Notes under the pieces: generated by a model
The model's input: the letters and a program-made list of their open reading frames with translations, nothing else
Databases searched by the model: none
What the model was told of the DNA's origin: nothing
Source of the DNA: Octopus vulgaris
Lineage: Eukaryota
Length of the DNA: 64,000 bases
Direction: 5' to 3'
NCBI GenBank assembly: GCA_951406725.2
Contig: OX597831.1
Span: 11,904,001 to 11,968,000 of the forward strand
In this document: positions 57,437 to 64,000 of the stretch, piece after piece
How the letters are laid out: every line of letters begins with the position of its first letter
Position numbering within the stretch: the first letter of the stretch is position 1
Position numbers and translations under genes: made by a program

Positions 57437-58050
57437 GTGACTAAATGGTTAAGGCATTCGGCTGACGATCGTAAGGTCGTGAGTTCGATTCGTGGCGGCG
57501 CGTTGAGTCCTTGAGCAAGACACTTTATTTCATGTTGCTCCAGTCTACTTTGCCAGCAAAAATGAGTCGTACCTGAATTTCAAAGAGCCAGCCTTGTCAC
57601 AGCCTGTGTCGCGCCAAATCTCTTTGACAACTATGTTAAGGGTACGCGTGTCTATGAAGTACTCAGCCACTCTAGGAATTTAATCAGCAGTTCCCAACAA
57701 CCTGGTTCCGGGTTCAGTCCTACTGCGTGGAACCTTGGGCAAGTATCTTCTACTAAAGCCTCGGGCAGACCAAAGCCTTGTGAGTGGATTTGGTAGACAC
57801 GGAAACAAAGAAGCCTGTCGTGTGTGTGTGTGTGTGTGTGTGCATACGCGCGCGCTTGTGGTTGTCCCCCCACCATTACTTGACAACCGATGTTGGTGTG
57901 TTTATGTCCCCGTAACTTAGTGGTTCGGCAAAAGCGACCGATAGAATAAGTACTACACTTACAAAGAATAAGTCCTGGAGTCCAGTTCTTCCACCAACAC
58001 CCTTTAAGACGGTGCTCCAGTATGGCCGCAGTCAAATAACAAGTTAAAAA
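57437..58050 (+). mobile_element. SINE family 3 copy (57437-57670) followed by a CORE-type SINE (57700-58050)
   Basis: tRNA head with GAGTTCGATTC and CCTTGAGCAAGACACT; then OR-like motifs. Confidence 0.8.
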
Positions 58051-58270
58051 AAAGTAAGTGAAACAGTAACTCAAGGACCGAGTCTTTCATTTAGGGGACA
58101 CTTATAAGTAAGGGCGGCTTTTAAGCTAACTCCTGCGGAGGAATCTTCATTGGGCCCTGGGCCCTACAATGACACTTCATGCATTGAGTACATATTAAAT
58201 TTTATTAAACTTGACCAACAATTTTTGTCTTCCCATTCAGGGGTCAGAACAAACTTTTTCCTGTCTAACT

Positions 58271-58343
<73 letters not shown>

Positions 58344-59184
58344 GTTGATTGTTTTCAACCATCACCCATCACCAGTACCACCATCATCGCCACTAAAACT
58401 GCCATACACACATCATTCAGACTTCTGATGCCACCACTATCAATACCTTTAACTTCGCCTTCTTCCCATCCACCACCATCACCACTGTCTTTCACATCGC
58501 TTACTATCACCGTCATCCCTGACTGCCTCGGCTACCACCACCACCACCACCACCACCACCACCACCACCATCACCGTTACCTCCGCCTCTATCACAACTA
58601 CAACTCATACTATTACTAACGCCCCATTACCACCACAACAGGCAATCTACTACCGCCCTCACCGTCTCTCTGACTACTAATACTCTCATCCCAGCAAGAG
58701 GAATAGCAGAAGTATTATTGAATAGTGAGAGAGGGTATCAAAGTGTGACACACTGACACACACAAATTCATTTTGGCATTTATTATTATAGACGAGTGCC
58801 ATGAACGATTCTCTCGGCAATCTTTCCTACGATAGACACAAAGGCCTCAAATTTTGAGGGTGGGGAGGGATCTAATCGATTACATTGATCTCAGTGCCCA
58901 ACTGTTACTTATTTTATCGACCCGAATAAAATAAAAAGTAAAGTGGATCACGGTTGCATTTTTGCCGATAAAAAAAGCATAGTAAAATATCTCCTGCTTA
59001 ACGTGAATGTTGTGCTAGGACTCAAAATTCTGCGTCATTTACTTTTAGACGGGACCCCACATATGGATCAGTGATACCTAAAAGCACTCGCATTTATATC
59101 GTTGACAGATGATAACCGTCCACTACGACCCCTGAGTTCTTTTCTGCAGGCGTGGCTGTGTGGTAAGAAGCTCGCTTCCTTCAC

Positions 59185-60235
59185 TACTGTGTGGACGAGT
59201 TTTTCTTCGCTGTTGGAGTCACATCTTTGTATACCAACGTCGTGAATTATTGAAGCCCAACTACCAGATAAGACATTTGTTTTTTGGGGGGATTCAGTTG
59301 GGGTTTGTTGCACCTGGTTATTAATTTTTGTCGAACAAGAAATCTCCACTGAGTTCCACGCATTTGTCTGCCTGTGGTCGTGTTTAAAGTCTCACTTGGC
59401 GATGAGAAGTGTGTTTTGTGGGTCCCAATCAACCAAGAATCTGGTTTTTCCAGATATTTTGAAAATGGCCAGGTGCAGGTATCCGGCGATTCTTGAGGGA
59501 CGCCCCCCCCACCCGCCCCAAGTGTCACCTGTGCCTGGAACTGGGCCACATCAAAAGAACTGTCCCCAGGACCAGAGTAGAGTCCTGGAGCAGTTGGTTG
59601 TGGAAAATCCCCCCTCCTCCTCCGGAAGAAGAGATGGAGGGGGAACCTCTCCCAGAAAAAAGGGGGAAAGTAAGAAAGAGAGCAACAATGGTTGCTCACC
59701 AAAGGATCCTAAAGCTGCGGGATGAAGCGATGTTCCTCCGGTTAAGGCGAAGGAACCAACCCTTCCCGTACCAAAGGCTAAAAAAAAAAAAGAAAAAAGA
59801 ATAGGACAGTGTCGGCGGTTTGCAGTGCACTGCCGGCATGTCCCGAAACTTCGTTGGTGGGAATTGTGCCACCGACGGAGGAAACTGTGGCCCCCTAAAA
59901 TAATGAAGAATTTGTGATCTTTCTCAAGGGAGGAGCCGTAGAGAACCTTGTAAGAAGTTTTGAAGGTCGGGAACTGGCGATCCCAACCTGCATTGATAGC
60001 CCACATTAGTCCCCGCATGTAGCTGCGGAGGTCATGGAGGAGAGGTACTTTTATAAGATGATGGATGCCTTTTCTAAGGAGGAATTCAATTATCTTTTCT
60101 GGGTCCCCGACTTGCTATTGCGGGATTGCCTGCAGGCGGCGAGAGATTTGATCGGGGAGGTGAGGTGCGAGCTGTTGGCTCCTCGATTGATTTGGAACTT
60201 TTTGACCACTGTAAGAGGTTCATTACCACCTTTGT
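59185..60235 (+). pseudogene. Degenerate LINE ORF1 (gag-like) relic with CCHC zinc knuckle
   Basis: FPDILKMARCRYPAILEGRP /frameshift/ PKCHLCLELGHIK..CP (C-x2-C-x4-H-x4-C) followed by a P/E/K-rich segment; higher GC than surroundings. Confidence 0.55.
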
Positions 60236-60274
60236 GTTTAAAAAAAAAGAAAAAAACAACAGTGTAGGAGTGTA

Positions 60275-61043
60275 GGCGTAGGAGTGGCTGTGTGGTAAGT
60301 AGCTTGCTTACGGGTTCAGTCCCACTGCGTGGCACCTTGGGCAAGTGTCTTCTACTATAGCCTCGAGCTGACCAAAGCCTTGTGAGTGGATTTGGTAGAC
60401 GGAAACTGAAAGAAGCCCGTCAAATATATGTATATATGTAAGTGTGTGTATATGTTTGCGTGTCTGTGTTTGTCCCCCCAACATCGCTTGACAAACGATG
60501 CTGGTGTGTTTACGTCCCCGTAACTTAGCGGTTCGGCAAAAGAGACCGATAGAATAAGTACTAGGCTTCCAAAGAATAAGTCCTGGGGTCGATCTGCTCG
60601 ACTAAAGGTGGTGCTCCAGCATGGCCGCAGTCAAATGACTGGAACAAAAGAGTAAAGAGTAAAGAGTAAAGTGTTCTCGAGGGGCGTCGTCTGCTTCCCT
60701 CATCAATATCATTATTTTGCTCATCATTCATTTTCATTTGTGTTGTTGTCCAGCCCGCATTTGCTTCTCTCTTTGTAATACTTTTATGGCAAATTTGATG
60801 AAATAAAGAAACTTGCTTCCCAACCACACGGTACCGGGTTCAGTCCCACTGGGCAAGTTTCTTCTTCTATAACCTCAGGCCGACGAAGGTCCTGTGAGTG
60901 GACTTGGTAGACGGAAACTGAACGGAGGCAATCGTATGTTTGTGTGTGTGTGTGTGTGTGCGTGCGTGCGTGCGTGTGCGTGTGTGTGTGTGTGAATGTG
61001 TATGTGTGTGTGTGTGTGTGTGCGTGTAAGTGTGTGTATGTGT

Positions 61044-61092
<49 letters not shown>

Positions 61093-61900
61093 CCATCGCT
61101 TGGCAACGTAACTTAGCGGGTCGGCAAAAGAGACCGTTAGAATAAGTAGTAGGCTTAGAAAGAGCAAGTCCTGGCCTGGGGTTGATTTGTATGACTGAAA
61201 GCGGTGCTCCAGCATGGTAGCAGTCAAATGACTGAAACGAGTAAAAGAATAAACGTGAACAGCTGATAATCAAAACAGTGGCGTAGACATTGCGTGACGT
61301 CGCGCCCAGGGTGAGCAGACAACACGAGGAGACTCTGCTATATAAACGTCTGCTTGCTTTTAAGGAAGGAGACAGCCAACTGCTCTCCGTATCGCTGGCT
61401 ACACTCCCTTAAATAATGCACAGCGCCAATGGAACTTATCTCCTTGCTCTCTTTAAAATTTGAGTCTGCTATTATTATTTATATTTTTAATTTTTAATAT
61501 AAATAAACAGATAGGCGCAGGAGTGGCTGTGTGGTAAGTAGCTTGTTTATCAACCACATGGTTCTGGGTTCAGTCCCACTGCGTGGCACCTTGGGCAGGT
61601 GTCTTCTACTATAGCCTCGGGCCGACCGAAGCCTTGTGAGTGGATTTGGTAGACGGAAACTGAAAGAAGCCCGTCGTATATATGTATATATATATGTGTA
61701 TGTCTGTGTGTGTATGTGTGTCTGTGTTTGTCCCCCTAGCATTGCTTGACAACCGATGCTGATGTGTTTATGTCCCCGTAACTAAGCGGTTCGGCAAAAA
61801 AAGACACATAGAATAAGTACTGGGCTTACAAAGAATAAGTCCCGGAGTCGAGTTGCTCGATTAAAGGCGGTGCTCCAGCATGGCCGCAGTCAAATGAGAT
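60275..61900 (+). mobile_element. Three co-oriented CORE-type SINEs (60275-60670, 60805-61252, 61514-61900)
   Basis: Family motifs head to tail. Confidence 0.88.
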
Positions 61901-62148
61901 AAACAGTAGAGCGCCTCGCATAGGTTCCGTTTTAACCTGTCTGGACAGGTTAAGAATGAATATGCAAATATTCACTTGAAACCTGATATCATTGCTTTAG
62001 AATTTCCTGAACTTCCAGTTTTAGTCTGAAGCTGACGCAGGAGTTATATACAAGAAGGAATTAAACGAATGCACACCACTTAAACTTTCGTTTTCTGAGA
62101 AAGAAAGAAAAAAAAAAGCCCGAAAACGAAATTAACATTTTTTAAAAA

Positions 62149-62160
62149 TCACGTGACTCA
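62149..62160. promoter_or_regulatory. CLEAR-like E-box (TCACGTGAC) overlapping an AP-1 site (TGACTCA)
   Basis: ATCACGTGACTCA about 80 bp upstream of the ATG of a probable lysosomal hydrolase exon. Confidence 0.55.
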
Positions 62161-62236
62161 TTCGCAATAACCCGAACAGAGTTATCGGCCTTTGAAAATC
62201 ACAACATTCGAAGATTTTTGTTGTTTGGCAGAAACG

Positions 62237-62320
62237 ATGCAGCTTGGAATTGGTTATTTCTTGCTTCTGTTACCCACCGTTTGGGCCGAGGATTTGGCCA
62301 CCCTGAGACTGGTCAACCTG
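62237..62320 (+). CDS. First coding exon of a probable lysosomal/prostatic-type histidine acid phosphatase (ACP2/ACPP-like)
   Basis: MQLGIGYFLLLLPTVWA-EDLATLRLVNL: signal peptide plus a strand resembling ACP2 SLRFVTL, ending at a phase-0 GTAGGT donor where vertebrate ACP2/ACPP exon 1 ends; the RHGDRSP exon is not seen in the window. Confidence 0.7.
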
Positions 62321-62857
62321 GTAGGTTTACAATTTTCTAATTATACAAGTATCAAGAGAAAAAAAAAAACTTCTTTTGTTTTCTGTTTTCGTTCCAAAAT
62401 TCCTCTCTTCTTCACAAAACCCTTTTGGTTCCTCCTCACCCGAAACCGCCCCAGCTGGATCTGCAATACAAATGTCTCGTTTGCATAGGTTTTGAAACCT
62501 TAGCCGCGATTTACGTTCCTAACACCAGCTTTATGATATATCTAAGTTATTTTACTAAATTCTTTGTTATAATTAAAAATTAATTGAAACAAACACAGAG
62601 AATATTCAACAGAAATACATCAACGGAAGGATCAAACAACCACAAGGCATCCACTTCGGATCCTAATTGTTTATTGTTTTCATTTTTACGATTTCTCTTT
62701 CTTAATAATTCTGTTTTGATTGTTTGTCATTGTTTTGGTTTTCTAATGGATTTAAAACCTTTTGATATACGAAAACAAATCTCTTTGTTATGATTAATTA
62801 TTATAAAACACCGAATCTATTCTCACGTTTATATTCACCCAGTAAATAAGTTCGAAT

Positions 62858-63501
<644 letters not shown>

Positions 63502-64000
63502 AATGTAAATGTATGTATTGTCCGTGTGTATATATCGTTTTATATACACAACCGAAAGAGCTTTTCATATGCGATGCTCGCGTCGCAACATATCAAGTGT
63601 TGAAACCGATCCCTTCAAAATACGACTTAGAAATGGTCAGATCGTCTCTCATGAATCAGCGATCAGGATTCCGAAGCAACTTTGTAGGCAAATTCTACAA
63701 AATGAAACATACGTGTGTGTGTGTGTGTGTGTGTGTTATTAAGTAGATAAGTCAAATGTCTGTAGCGATAATCAACATCAGAGGTTATTTTCCTTAGCAT
63801 TGTTGTTAAACTTGCTGAGAAACAAACGGGTCCCTGAAGTGCCCAACCCTCATCATCTGCTGCTTAATTCCTCACCTCGCCCCCTTTTCCATTTTCTTTT
63901 GTGTCCTTGAGATACACTTAAGATAATTTAATGTTTTGTAGTTTAAATGTTTTTCTTTTGCTTCCCGTAAAAATATTTCTTATAGAATGATTATATGTTG

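Overview
AT-rich, microsatellite-saturated animal DNA. The SINE families and simple-repeat load point to an octopus (coleoid cephalopod) genome; this is inferred from recalled repeat families, not from a database search. Nearly all ORF-track entries are microsatellite artefacts. The only host exon I can support is a probable first coding exon of a secreted/lysosomal histidine acid phosphatase (62237-62320, +), preceded by a CLEAR-like E-box. The rest is intergenic and filled with repeats: two decayed Tc1-like transposons (DD34E and DD37E/TRT-like), a mariner relic, two non-autonomous Helitrons, a foldback MITE carrying telomeric repeats, LINE relics (RLE-type, zinc-knuckle ORF1, Penelope-like) and many tRNA-derived SINEs. 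The most notable signal is a dense set (roughly a dozen) of minimal type I hammerhead-ribozyme motifs from several unrelated short repeat families. Two have intact cores, one sits in the 3' end of a tRNA-headed SINE, and two form a 168-bp tandem. They often occur in inverted arrangements and next to (TA)n, with a Penelope-like RT/EN relic nearby as a plausible partner. The window also shows repeated local inverted or templated duplications, including two nested long inverted repeats. Coordinates were read by eye and SINE boundaries are approximate.
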